From assembly GCA_905236005.1 (NCBI GenBank), contig CAJONJ010000039.1, forward strand, positions 2,612-66,611: a stretch of DNA of 64,000 nt, read 5' to 3'. Both the position numbers and the translations under genes were made by a program. This document shows positions 63,958-64,000 of this stretch, in pieces. Position 1 is the first letter of the stretch, and every line of letters begins with the position of its first letter. Under the pieces are notes generated by a model. It saw only the letters and a list, made by a program, of their open reading frames with translations, was not told the origin of the DNA and did not search any database. The stretch is from an uncultured Alphaproteobacteria bacterium (GTDB lineage: Bacteria > Pseudomonadota > Alphaproteobacteria > Rs-D84).

Positions 63958-64000
63958 TTTACGCAGACCCAATTTTTTAATCAGTGCGTCATATTCAGCA
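63958..64000 (-). CDS. 3' end of an unidentified minus-strand gene (...AEYDALIKKLGLRK*), truncated by window edge
   Basis: Open frame reading into the window edge with a stop codon at 63958-63960. Too short to identify. Confidence 0.2.

Overview
This is an AT-rich window (roughly 30-35% GC by eye) from a small proteobacterial genome. The gene content resembles Rickettsiales-like obligate intracellular alphaproteobacteria. Evidence: eukaryote-like type-2 IleRS, a YkgO/alpha-type bL36, a virB3-virB4 (rvh-like) type IV secretion pair, and lipid A genes lpxC/lpxK. The organism call is inference only.

Most of the window is housekeeping. This includes gyrB (3' truncated at the window start), dnaG, topA, and the rod-shape genes rodA, mrdA, mreD and mreC, with mreB elsewhere. 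It also holds rpmI-rplT-pheS-pheT, nth, ileS, mnmG, fabD-fabG, queH, metG, rnpA-yidD, accB-accC, recF, a TolC-MacA-MacB efflux set, and four tRNAs: fMet, Thr-CGT, Val-GAC and Cys-GCA.

Two regions stand out as non-housekeeping.

1. About 3.0-10.6 kb. A compact four-gene type-IV-filament/T2SS-like module (bitopic protein, coiled-coil periplasmic protein, GspE ATPase, GspF platform) is translationally chained downstream of lpxK-lpxC. No pilin, prepilin peptidase or secretin is in the window.

2. About 10.8-25.4 kb. This accessory locus is anchored at the initiator tRNA-fMet, whose 3' end reappears as a 15-nt direct repeat at 13204. It contains two small dispersed repeat families and three HEXXH-motif proteins. 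It also holds a roughly 1000-aa BspA-like LRR and Cys-rich surface protein that is split by a frameshift at an A8 homopolymer tract; one extra A would restore it. The largest gene encodes a 1580-aa protein with an N-terminal M48-like metallopeptidase domain and a C-terminal UbiB/ABC1-like atypical kinase domain. It lies directly downstream of virB3-virB4. The virB operon is preceded by six copies of the 9-mer TTTTCAACA.

The most likely novel feature is this T4SS-linked accessory operon with its giant peptidase-kinase fusion protein, a candidate secreted effector. No CRISPR arrays, transposases or integrases were seen.
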